Assembly: GCF_016433145.1 (NCBI RefSeq) | Contig: NC_058131.1 | Span: forward strand, 63,225,253-63,289,252 | Direction: 5' to 3' | DNA length: 64,000 nt | Source of the DNA: Gracilinanus agilis | Lineage: Eukaryota | Shown here: piece after piece, positions 1-9,712 of the stretch | Numbering within the stretch: position 1 is the stretch's first letter | Layout: each line of letters opens with the position of its first letter | Notes under the pieces: model-generated | The model's database searches: none | Seen by the model: only the letters and a program-made list of their open reading frames with translations | What the model was told of the DNA's origin: nothing | Position numbers and translations under genes: made by a program

Positions 1-300
1 AATAGGGGACTAGTCAGTGAGTCCAGACCCTAGTAGTATGCCCAGAATTCTACTGCCACGATTCTGCTCATTGAAGAAGCTGAGGGAACTTGCTTCTGGG
101 AGACATGGGATGCCATGTAATTGAAGTGCTTTGGATCATGCTTAGAGATTTGGGTCTACTCACCATGTGGTGAATAGCAGCTTCTTCAACAGGCTGCAAT
201 TGCAGAATTAGAACTTGTAGTATACAGAATTGGGGTCATATAGTTTTTTCTAGCTTTGGCTGAGTTTAAAAGCAGCTCAACTGATTCACAACCTCCCTCC
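1..300 (-). pseudogene. Second, diverged fragment of the viral L C-terminal domain (continues off the left edge)
   Basis: Nt 1-80 align at roughly 75% identity (by eye) with nt 738-820. Minus translation gives LHGIPCL ... SMSRIVAVEFW.LLGS, resembling measles L FHAYPVL ... ISRITRKFWGHILLYSG. Confidence 0.55.
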
Positions 301-402
301 ACGGAAGATCCAGCCTTTCCTCAAGATTCTAAACCTCTAACAGCTTTTGGAACTCAGCCAAAGCTAGAAAAAACTATATGACCCCAATTCTGTATACTAC
401 AA
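215..402. repeat. Perfect 52-bp inverted repeat (arms 215-266 and 351-402, 84-nt spacer)
   Basis: 215-266 ttgtagtatacagaattggggtcatatagttttttctagctttggctgagtt is the exact reverse complement of 351-402. Confidence 0.95.
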
Positions 403-442
403 ACTGGAGAGGCCATATTCAGCCTCAGGCTCTCTCTCTTTG

Positions 443-1790
443 CTAGATCTCTGTGATGAGTTTAGTTCCTTTGCTGATGGTGTCCAGTTGAGAAATGATG
501 CTGTAAAGGGAGAAGCCTAAGGCTCTCTCTTCTAAGTTAGACAAGTGGCTCCAAGAAAGTGAATCACGTTCTTTTGACTTATTGTTTGTTTTTTTCCTTT
601 TGTTTAACCTGGCATCTAAACCTTGTGAATCTCGAAAGGTCAAGAAAAGGGGCTACCTGGGAGTCTTGGCATCCAGGAGTCTAGAGAATATGGGGAGTCT
701 GGGTGTTAATTTTATTCAAATGACTAAATGCTCCTACAACAGGGAACAAGTCAATGAGTCTAGACCCTACTAGTACTAACACCCAGAATTCTACTTCTGG
801 GAGTCTGTCCATTGAAGCAGTCTAGTTGTTAAATCCAGATTGGGTTTCAGAGGGACCCCAGCACTGAAGCCCCTAGTGTGACCTTGGGAGTGCAGCCCAG
901 TGGTGACTGAGAGGAGGACTCATCCAGAAGAAGCACGGTTACATTTAGATGATAATATGGTGGGGATCAATACTCTGTAGAAATTGTACTAAGTTAGAGT
1001 CCACTTTCTCCAGGGTCTGAGGTGGGATAGGGAGAGGGTGTCCTTGAGGTGTTGGGAAGAAAATATGAACCTTTGTTCTTGCCGTATCTTCATCGCTTTG
1101 TAAAAGCTAATTGATTAAATGGAACTGGTGGTGAACATTGGGGGGAACCAACTCGAATAGGAGCCTGAGCGAATGCCATTAGAAAAGATATACCCTTCTG
1201 GGGTATCCCTAGAATCCTGAGGTGGTGATATAGTTGGCCTTGCTCTGGTAGAGGCCAAATCATACTCACTATACCATAACGAATATATTTCTGTCAAAGT
1301 ATGTGGGGTTTGGGAATGAGTTGAAGTTTACCCTAATTCTAAAGCAGACTCCAAAAAAAAATTGCTGAAAGGCTTTTGCAACCACTATGTTGCTAATAGC
1401 CAATGACTGCTAAATCTTCAATATTGAGTTAATATATTCCACAATGTTAATATATTCTAGCTTCAATTCTCAAGAAGGTTGAGGCAAAGGGATAGTGACC
1501 GCTGGCCATCTCTCCCCTTTCCAAAGAAGAGGTCCAGAGCAAATAAGTTGTTTTGCAGTAGTGCGTCTACCATCTCCAGAACAAAAAAACTGTCCTTTAT
1601 TCTGTGATGAGTACCTTTCTGGAAGGAACTGTGAAAGATGAGCTAGGAATGTGAGATGCATTATTCCCTAAATATTGGAACATCCAGCTACATTTACTTT
1701 TGGGTGTCTTTACTTTCCATTTCCTACCTCAAATGTATCCTTCCACAAATGTATTCTTTAAGAAGGTATTTGATACAAAGCACTTTAAAC
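443..1790 (-). pseudogene. Endogenous viral element: Mononegavirales (paramyxovirus-like) L gene, methyltransferase and C-terminal domains, decayed
   Basis: Colinear minus-strand motifs across frameshifts: FQYLGNNAS, LSQFLPERY (1611-1637), FFCSGDG (1569-1589, GxGxG remnant), GQRSL (1493-1507, cf. paramyxovirus GQREL), IVVAKAF (1368-1385), TEIY (1283-1294), VEFWVLVLVGSRLIDLF, LDL, W...EER...YSII near 500. Confidence 0.75.
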
Positions 1791-2242
1791 TGTGCATACC
1801 CTTTGATCCAGCAATACTACTCCTAGTATGCCAAAGAGGTTAAAAAAAAAAAAAGAGGAAAGGACCAATTTGTACAACAGCTTTTTGTTGTGACAAAAAA
1901 TTGGAAATAGTGGGGATGCCCATTAGTTAGAGAATGGATGAACAAATTGTGGTTTATAATTGTGATGGAATACTATTGTGCTATTAGAAATGACAAGAAG
2001 GTTGATTTCAGAAAAATCTGGACAGGTTTACATGAACTGATGCAAATTGAGGTAAAGCAGAACCAGAAGAACAGTGTATGCAGTAACAGCAATATTGTTT
2101 GATGTTCACTTAAGTGTGAATGATCCAGCTATACTCCACAATACAGGGATAAGAAAATCCCAAAGACTTAGGAAAAGTGCCATCAGCCTCCAGAGAAAGT
2201 ATTAATGGAGTGTGAATGCAGACCAAAACATACTCTTTATCT

Positions 2243-2293
2243 TTCCTTCCTTCCTTCCTTCCTTCCTTCCTTCCTTCCTTCCTTCCTTCCTTC
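2243..2293. repeat. (TTCC)n microsatellite abutting a gap
   Basis: Direct inspection. Confidence 0.95.
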
Positions 2294-2845
2294 NNNNNNN
2301 NNNNNNNNNNNNNNNNNNNNNNNNNNNNNNNNNNNNNNNNNNNNNNNNNNNNNNNNNNNNNNNNNNNNNNNNNNNNNNNNNNNNNNNNNNNNNNNNNNNN
2401 NNNNNNNNNNNNNNNNNNNNNNNNNNNNNNNNNNNNNNNNNNNNNNNNNNNNNNNNNNNNNNNNNNNNNNNNNNNNNNNNNNNNNNNNNNNNNNNNNNNN
2501 NNNNNNNNNNNNNNNNNNNNNNNNNNNNNNNNNNNNNNNNNNNNNNNNNNNNNNNNNNNNNNNNNNNNNNNNNNNNNNNNNNNNNNNNNNNNNNNNNNNN
2601 NNNNNNNNNNNNNNNNNNNNNNNNNNNNNNNNNNNNNNNNNNNNNNNNNNNNNNNNNNNNNNNNNNNNNNNNNNNNNNNNNNNNNNNNNNNNNNNNNNNN
2701 NNNNNNNNNNNNNNNNNNNNNNNNNNNNNNNNNNNNNNNNNNNNNNNNNNNNNNNNNNNNNNNNNNNNNNNNNNNNNNNNNNNNNNNNNNNNNNNNNNNN
2801 NNNNNNNNNNNNNNNNNNNNNNNNNNNNNNNNNNNNNNNNNNNNA
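2294..2845. other. Assembly gap (N run)
   Basis: Run of N. Confidence 1.
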
Positions 2846-3052
2846 AAATGACTGACATGGAAAAATGTTTTACATGATTGCATATGTAAAATCTATATCA
2901 GATTGCTTCCACTGAAGGTGGGAGGGAGAAGGGAGGATCAGAGGGAGGGAGAGAATTTGGAACTTGAAATTATTTTTTAAACATTAAAAATGATTTTTAC
3001 ACATAATTGAGGAAAGACAAAATATTGTTGAAAAAAGGAAGGCATTTTATAA

Positions 3053-4290
3053 GTGTACATATTAGTAAAGAAAATGTCTCTAATGATTAATGTACAAATT
3101 GTTGCTACCAATAACCATCCAGGTCATTGCATTTCATAATAGCTAAAGCCATTGTTCTTGATACTGGTGATCTGGGATGGAACCATACTGCTATCATATA
3201 ATAGAATCTTCAGTTGGGAAAGAAGGTTGATAATGGCAAATGCAATGTTAAGAATTTTATAATGACTTTTAACAACCTGTTACTTTCTTTCTCATCCTTT
3301 CACTGCTGTAAGACTGATATCTGACTGACATAATTTGGAGACCTAACTAGCAACTGAGTGGCCTTACTGCTTAGGAAAAGAGCTAAATGGACACCTCTTG
3401 GATAAGTCCAACACTGCACTTTCAGTCTGGTAATAAAGGCTGAGGAAGAGAGCCCTAGTTGTCGTCATTAGCCCTTATGTCCTTTTGGCACAGCGCCACG
3501 GGTCTGAGAGAACTCTACAATATTTGTGCACGAGACCACCTCATGAGAACTCTCCTCTCCTTATGAACGAGTGATATGGTCTAAACAGGCTAAAATACCC
3601 CAAGAAGATAGAAATGCTTTGAGATCCAGAATTTCTTGAAGGATCAGCTGTGGACCATATGGGGTAGTGATGACACCCTCACTAAAAGATGTTACACAGT
3701 TTAAGGAATCAAGAATGCCTTCTGACATATGGCCACGGAGCTATGTCCGGAGATTCTCAGGTTAGGAGTGCAATGGTCCCATAAAGAGAGTCTGGAACCT
3801 GGCTTGAGGACCCTGGGAAATTTGTATGTGGGACTAAATAGTCCCTTGTGATGTGTGGGAGCTAAAACCCCTAGCCAACTCATAATAAGTGTTCCTAGAA
3901 TAATACTAGATATTTGATACAGAAGAGGCAATTAGTAGGATCTCTGACCTTTAACAACCATCCAGATGGAATGTGCACCCACAAAAAGTTTGTGGTGAGC
4001 ATGTAGTTGCTGTATGTGATAAGATTTGTTGGACTGAACAAATGATAACAAAATGAGAATTGTAACTGGTAGAAGAGTCTGTACGTAGATTTAAAAATCT
4101 AGTCTAGAACAGCTATGGCTAACGGGATTGGAGTATTTATTGACCAGTTGGCCAATGGATTAAAGCTCCTTTATTGCCTTTCATTTGGGTTGCCTTGATC
4201 CCAGACGTCTTTGTCAATCTATAGAGCCTTCTGACCACTTGTTCTACTGTACTACAAGGAGATTAAAGGGCTGCCTAAAAACTCGAATGG
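3053..4290 (-). pseudogene. Endogenous viral element: L gene PRNTase C-terminal part and connector domain
   Basis: About 220 codons with few stops at 3720->3060. TYRLFYQLQF (4057-4086) fits PRNTase motif E. FLWVHIPSGWLLKV (~3958-3981) resembles the paramyxovirus LHLHVxxxCCV. Remnant GSID*QR (4208-4228) lies 48 codons before motif E, where the catalytic HR is expected. Confidence 0.75.
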
Positions 4291-4490
4291 ACAGATAGGT
4301 GGCACCATGGATAGGGCACCAGGACTCATCTTTCTGAAGTCAGTCAGACACTTATTAACTGGGTGGCTTCGGGTAAGTCATTTAACTTAACTTAAATGAG
4401 CTGGAGAAGGAAATGACAAATCACTCTAGTATCTTTGCCAAGAAAAACCCCACAAGGGGGCACAAAGAGTCAGACATGACTAAATATCAA
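4291..4490 (+). mobile_element. MIR/MAR1-type core SINE inserted in the viral element
   Basis: Head cagataggtggcaccatggatagggcaccagg, core gtcatttaactt, tail aaatgagctggagaaggaaatgacaaatcactctagtatctttgccaagaaaa. Confidence 0.75.
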
Positions 4491-4827
4491 CACAGGGACT
4501 CAAGTCTGCTTGACCGTCGGGATTTTCTTTTGTTTTCTATACCCCTACTCTGGGCAGCTGGTCGACCCTATTATGTCCCTGGCATACTGCTTTATATAGC
4601 ATCGACATATCTGCTGCATTTCCTGTATTAGAGCAAACGTGGAAATTTGATATTTTGATTGATTAGGAAAATCTTGCTCTGAATGACCAGGTATAAAACC
4701 GAGATGATGCTAGAATTGAGAAATTTAGATTAGGCTTCAACTGATTGTGCTAGGAGCAGAGTAAGGGCCTCTTTTTGGTCTCTATAAATTATTAAGAAAT
4801 AATATTTCTCAGGGCTAAAAAGAACAA
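4491..4827 (-). pseudogene. Endogenous viral element: L gene PRNTase motif A region
   Basis: Minus frame ...ALIQEMQQICRCYIKQYARDIIGSTSCPE (ARDIIGST 4560-4583), cf. motif A in measles [29 protein letters not shown] and Ebola GRPLIGATLP. Confidence 0.7.
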
Positions 4828-5020
4828 TGGGAGCAGCTAGATAGCTCAGTGGAACGAGAGGTAAGACCAGAGACAGGATGTCCTGGGTTCAAATCTGGAC
4901 TCAGACACATCCTTGACCAAATTCACACAGCTAATAAGTGTCTGAGGCTAGATTTGAACTTGAAAATGAAAGTCTTCCTGATTCTAAGCCTAATTCTCTA
5001 TCCACTATGCCACCTAGCCA
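4828..5020. mobile_element. Two head-to-head SINE fragments (one +, one -) inserted in the viral element
   Basis: + head gggagcagctagatagctcagtgg at 4829; - head ggctaggtggcatagtggatagag ending near 5020. Confidence 0.7.
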
Positions 5021-5301
5021 CCCCTTGGCCTCTAAGAAGAATCCCATTGATTCCTTAAGGGGAGAAGTCGGGGAGGAAAGGGATGTTGTCTTTGCTACTC
5101 AGCTACTCTGGAATGTTAACCTTAAAAAACCACATTTTAGCATATGATGATCTTCTGCCTGCTAAAGGTTCCTATAAGTGTTACCCAGATTGTTTGGGGA
5201 CCATCTTGTTAGAGGGCATAGGGGGACTATGACAATTTGGACACCTCTTTCTCCGAACTAGAAATTCTTGGATAGGAGATTAATATTAAATTAAATGGTC
5301 C
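5021..5301 (-). pseudogene. Endogenous viral element: L gene block DP...SPN...ED...FL...PRVA...ES.G...KG
   Basis: Across frameshifts: GPFNLIL, WSPN (5192-5203), QAEDHHMLKCGFL, SRVAE (5098-5112), SSPTSPLKESMGFFLEAKG (to 5021). Measles L has HSPN...KEEDEGLAAFL...PRAAHE...SVTGARESIAGMLDTTKG. Confidence 0.75.
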
Positions 5302-5478
5302 TTAGACACTTACTAGCGGAGTGACCCTAGGCAGGTCACTTTGCTCTGTTTGCCTCACTTTTCCTCATCTGTAAAACAATTTGGAGAAGGAAATGGCAAG
5401 CCATCCCAGCATCTTTGCTGACAAAACCCAAAGTAGCATCACAAAGAGTTGTAAATGAGTGAAGGCAACTAAACAACA
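5302..5478 (+). mobile_element. MAR1/MIR-type SINE at the inversion junction
   Basis: agacacttactagcggagtgaccctaggcaggtcactt ... tttcctcatctgtaaaa ... ggagaaggaaatggcaagccatcccagcatctttg. Confidence 0.75.
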
Positions 5479-5479
5479 T

Positions 5480-6110
5480 TAAGTGAAAGAAAATATTTCT
5501 GGCAGACTTGTGCCTAAAACACAGAGTATAGAGTTAATTTATTTTTCTTTGATAGAATGCAAGAAGATGTATGAGGAAGCAGAAGAGAGCTTGGGAGGTA
5601 TGAAGAGGGAGGAAGGAGAAGTACTGATGGGAACAAAATATCTTCTTTTTCCTTTACCACTGACTGGCGGCGTCTGGCCTCAGAAAATGGCAAGGAAAGC
5701 AGGGAAATGAGGAGATAGTACTGTGTCTGGGCTGAAGGTTTGGAAAGTCTCACCTCCGCAAGGAGACACCACCTTTATTTATTTATTTATTTGTTTATTT
5801 GTTCGATTATTTATTTATTTTTAAAACCCTTACCCTTCCATCTCAGAATCAATACTGTGTATTGGTTCCAAGGCAGAAGAGTGGTAAGGGCTAGGCAATG
5901 GGGGTCAAGTGACTTGCCCAGGGTCACACAGCTAGGAAGTGTCCGAGACCAGATTTGAACCTAGGATCTCCTGTCTCTGGGTGTGACTCTTAATCCACTG
6001 AGCCACCCAGCTGCCCCCAAGACACCACTTTTAAAGGGAGTGTGGGAAAGCAAGCCCAGTTCCCCCTCCCTTCCAAAGACCCCAAAACTTTTCATGCTTT
6101 GTGCCAAGGT
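5480..6110 (+). pseudogene. Endogenous viral element: inverted upstream L fragment (LPxxxGG / GDP block), split by a SINE1
   Basis: Plus frame KYLLFPLPLTGGVWPQKMARKAGK*GDSTVSGLKVWK (5636-5746), cf. measles [35 protein letters not shown] and Ebola GDPVTSGLFQLK. After removing the SINE the frame continues ...KDPKTFHALCQG. Confidence 0.75.
5777..6019 (-). mobile_element. SINE1_Mdo-like SINE with TSD
   Basis: Head ggggcagctgggtggctcagtggatt on minus, (TTTA)n tail, TSD agacaccac(c/t)ttt at 5764-5776 and 6020-6032. Confidence 0.9.
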
Positions 6111-6134
6111 CATAACAAAAATTCTCCCATTAGC

Positions 6135-7085
6135 CTCTCTTTGAAGCAATATGGTATGGTACAAAGAGTACTGGAATGTTGATGTGCATTTTTTAAAAAG
6201 AAAAATAATTAAATAGCCCTGCATGTCAAATTAGCTGACATCGAGGCTGGGTCTAACTCAATCACTTAGACTTTGGGTAAGCCACTTCCTCTCTATAGAC
6301 CTCAGTTTCCTCATCTAAAAAAACCCAGAATATTAGACTAATAGGTCTTGAAGGCCTCATCCAGCTCAGACATTCTAGGACTAATTTAGGAGGTGAGAAC
6401 AATCACTTAGCTTAATGGAAATTGCCTCCAACCTCTCAGGAGACTTTGACGGTCTGATGTGTGACCTTAAGTTTAACCCAACCTTCCTCATCCATAAAAC
6501 GGGAATGATAATACTTGTATTTATCTCATAGGGCTGTTGTTGTAAGGGTCAGATGAGATAATGTAGGTAAAGCACGTCCTTTGATTATGTGGAAATGAAT
6601 CTGGATGCTAAACCAAGTGGCACAGAATGAAAAGAGAGCTGAGGAAGAGATCAAGTCAATATGGTGGTGTAGCAAAAAGAAATGAGCAGCTAGGTGGCAC
6701 AGTGGATAGAGGGCAAGTCAGGAAGACCTGAGTTCAAATTTGCCTTCAGATACAAGCTATATCAACCTGGACAAGTAACCTCTCCCTGTTTGCCTCAGTT
6801 TCCTTATCTGTCAAATGAACTGGAGAAGGAAATAGCAAACCCCTCTGGTATCTTTGCCAAGAAAACCCTGAATGAGGTAATGAGGAGTAGATTGAGAGCC
6901 AAGCCCAGAGACAAGAGGTCCTGGGTTCAAAGTTGATCTCAAACACTTCCTAGCTATGTGACCGTGGGCAAATCACTTAACCCCTACTGTCTAGCCCTTG
7001 CCACCTTTCTGTCTTAGAATAAATACCATGTCTTGGAACCAGTACACAGTATTGATTCTAAGACAGAAGATAAGGGTTAAAAAAA
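6135..7085 (+). mobile_element. Cluster of MIR/MAR1 and SINE1-type SINEs
   Basis: Repeated cores cctcagtttcctcatct, gggttcaaa, gtgaccctgggcaagtcactt; A-tail at ~7076-7088. Confidence 0.75.
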
Positions 7086-8200
7086 AAAGAGTCAGGTACA
7101 ACTCAAGAACAACAACAACAAGAAGAAATATAGTGAGCTTCCTCCTAAAAACAAGCCCCCCAAAAGTCCTTTCTTGCAAACAAAAAAATCCCACATAAAA
7201 ATAAGTTATTATAATGATAAGGACACTCAAAGCACATTCCAAAAAGGCAAAACCTCAAGGAAAAACATAACTCGGGCACAAATTCATCTAGAATTCCTGG
7301 AAGAGATGACAGAAAAGTTGTTTTAAGTTAAAAAATGTTTTTCTATAAGTAAAATGAGAGTGCTAAAGGGGAAAAAATTGGAAAAGAAATGAGAGCAATG
7401 GAAGAAAAAAGTAAAACAGGAATGATCAGATTGGCATAAGAAGTATAAATCCTTCCCCAAGCAACAAACTGCATGGAGATTAGAATGAACCAAATAGAAG
7501 CTAATGCTTTCATCAGACTGAAAAAAAAAAAGTCAAAAGGCTGAAAAAATAATAGAAGAAAATGTGAGGAATCTTATTTACCCAGAAAACAGATAAAGGA
7601 GGAAAACAAAAATTGCTGGACTACCCGAAAGTCATGACCAAAAAAAGTCTACGCATGATATTTTAAGAAACCACAAGAGAAAAATGATCTAATCTCTTAA
7701 GAGGGCAAAAGGGAAATAGAAAAATTCTCTAGTCACCTGAAACTCCAAAATAAAAATTCCCACAAACATTATGGCCAAAATCAAGTATGTCCAGGTCAAA
7801 AAAAAAAAAGACCACAAAGGCAGCCAGAAAGAAGGAATTCAGGTACCCAAGAGTCATATTTAGAATCACACAATATTTGGCAGCCACCATTATGAAGGAG
7901 CAGAGAGCCTGGAATACAAAATACCACAAGGCAAAAGATACGGACTTACAACCAAGAATAATTTACCCAGAAAAAAACTGAATATAATCCTACACCTACA
8001 ATGCAAAAAAAAAAAAAAAAAAAAAAAAAAAGAAAGAAAGAAAAGAAAAGAAAAGAAAATGGACCTTTACTGAAATGGAGGACTTCCAAGCATCCCTGAA
8101 GAAAATGCCAGAGTTACAGAGAAACTGTGAAGTCCAAGCATGCAAGTCAGAAGGAACATAAAAAATTAAACATGAAAGAACAATCAGAAGTGACTAAACA

Positions 8201-8384
8201 GGGGGCAGCTGGGTAGCTCTGTGGATTGAGAGTCACACCCAGAGACAGGAGATCCTAGGTTAAAATCTGGTCTCAGACACTTCCCAGCTGTGTGACCCTG
8301 GGCAAGTCACTTGACCCCCATTGCCCACCCTTACCACTCTTCCACCAAGGAGCCAATACACAGAAGTTAAGGGTTTAAAAAAAA
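8201..8384 (+). mobile_element. SINE1_Mdo-like SINE inside the L1, with TSD
   Basis: TSD agaagtgactaaaca at 8186-8200 and 8385-8399. Confidence 0.9.
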
Positions 8385-8685
8385 AGAAGTGACTAAACAT
8401 GATATTAATACAGAGAGATGATATGTGTGTCCCCCCTGAATATGATCATCATTAGGGGTTACAAAGGGATTCTAATTAGAAGTCTGGGGGTGGTATTTCT
8501 TGATGACCTAAAAAGAAGAATGGAAAGGGAAAGGGAGAGAAATATCCTGAGGAGGGTCAGAAGAAGAATAGAAAAGGTTATAAAGGGAAGGTTGGAAAAA
8601 AATCACACAATTGGAGTACACAAGTAGATATCTATAAACAAGGAGATAGGGTGTAAGGAGTAACACTTGAGCTTTACTCTCATCT

Positions 8686-8836
8686 NNNNNNNNNNNNNNN
8701 NNNNNNNNNNNNNNNNNNNNNNNNNNNNNNNNNNNNNNNNNNNNNNNNNNNNNNNNNNNNNNNNNNNNNNNNNNNNNNNNNNNNNNNNNNNNNNNNNNNN
8801 NNNNNNNNNNNNNNNNNNNNNNNNNNNNNNNNNNNN
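8686..8836. other. Assembly gap
   Basis: Run of N. Confidence 1.
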
Positions 8837-9529
8837 AAATACCTTGTAAGCAATAGGGAAAATGGGAGGAAAAGTAGAGAAGTGAGAAGGGAGAAATAGA
8901 AGAAAGATAGATTAAGGAAGGAATTAGTCCTTGCAAAACAAATGCTAAAGATGGATAAAAATATGGATAGCTTTTTGTAGTGGCAAATAAATGGAAACTG
9001 GTGGAAGGAATATATCCATCAATTGGGGAATGGCTGAACAAGTTATGGAATATAAGTGTGATGGAATAGTATTGCGCTGTAAGAAATAATGAAGGGGAAG
9101 GTTTTCAGAGAAATCTGAGATGACTTGTGCGACCTGATGCAGAGTGAAGGGAGCAGAACCAAAAGCTTCTGTTATTTATAGGAATTCTGTAATTTATAGG
9201 AAGACAGCAATATTGTATACTCAAAAATTATGAAAAACTTGGGATCTCTGATCAGCCATTGTAACAAACCAAGATTCCAGAGGACTTATGAAACATGCTG
9301 AGAGGTGAAATATTCAGGATATAGAATAAGACAATTTTTTTCACATGATTAATTTGATTTTGAATGTTTTGATTGCCAGATATGTTTGTAACGGTTTTTT
9401 TTTGTTTGTTTTTCTTTCTCAATTGGGAAGAGGAAGGGGAAGAAAAAGGGGGAGAGGGGAAGAGAAAGTGGATTTTAGCTGAATGAAAAAATATATTTTA
9501 TATAAAAATGGATTTTTAAATACATTTAA

Positions 9530-9712
9530 TTTTTTTTAACCCTTGTACTTCGGTGTATTGTCTTATAGATGGAAGATTGGTAAGGGTGGGCAATGGGGGT
9601 CAAGTGACTTGCCCAGGGTCACACAGGTGGGAAGTGGCTGAGGCCGGGTTTGAACCTAGGACCTCCTGTCTCTAGGCCTGACTCTCACTCCACTGAGCTA
9701 CCCAGCTGCCCC
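9530..9712 (-). mobile_element. SINE1_Mdo-like SINE
   Basis: Consensus body; flanked by the duplicated sequence taaatacatttaattttt. Confidence 0.85.

Larger units (their letters stand above)
1791..3045 (+). mobile_element. 5'-truncated L1 (ORF2 3' end and 3'UTR) inserted into the viral element
   Basis: L1 hallmarks ccctttgatccagcaatactactcctag, gatggaatactattgtgctattagaaatga, gcagaaccagaagaaca. Degenerate TSD aaagcactttaaac (1777-1790) / aaggcattttataa (3039-3052). Contains a (TTCC)n tract and a gap. Confidence 0.85.
7090..9510 (+). mobile_element. Degraded L1 (ORF1 remnant, gap, ORF2 3' end and 3'UTR)
   Basis: ORF1 C-terminal motif RITQYLAATIMKEQRAWN...LQPRIIYPEK (ORF 7787-7981); L1 3' motifs tgatggaatagtattgcgctgtaagaaat and gcagagtgaagggagcagaacc after the gap. 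Confidence 0.85.

Noticed and set aside
579-605. A-rich tract on the minus strand as a poly(A) remnant of the viral mRNA
   Set aside because: L-like residues seem to continue beyond it (W...EER...YSII), and no matching TSD was found.
1115-1297. Resemblance of ORF 1115-1297 to the filovirus NP C-terminus
   Set aside because: Only a Y..W pattern; the colinear L context (TEIY motif) explains the region.
1508-1540. LLWKGE in ORF 1470-1661 resembling retroviral integrase LLWKGEGAV
   Set aside because: No other integrase motifs. The segment lies between GDG and GQRSL of the L methyltransferase and is better explained as a shifted frame of it.
2110-2883. Long ORFs spanning N runs (also 8508-9041 and 21895-22428)
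   Set aside because: Artefacts of assembly gaps and microsatellites.
4265-4290. FLGS as PRNTase motif B (YxGSxT)
   Set aside because: Too close to the HR and motif E positions unless there is an extra deletion; no Thr; not counted as evidence.
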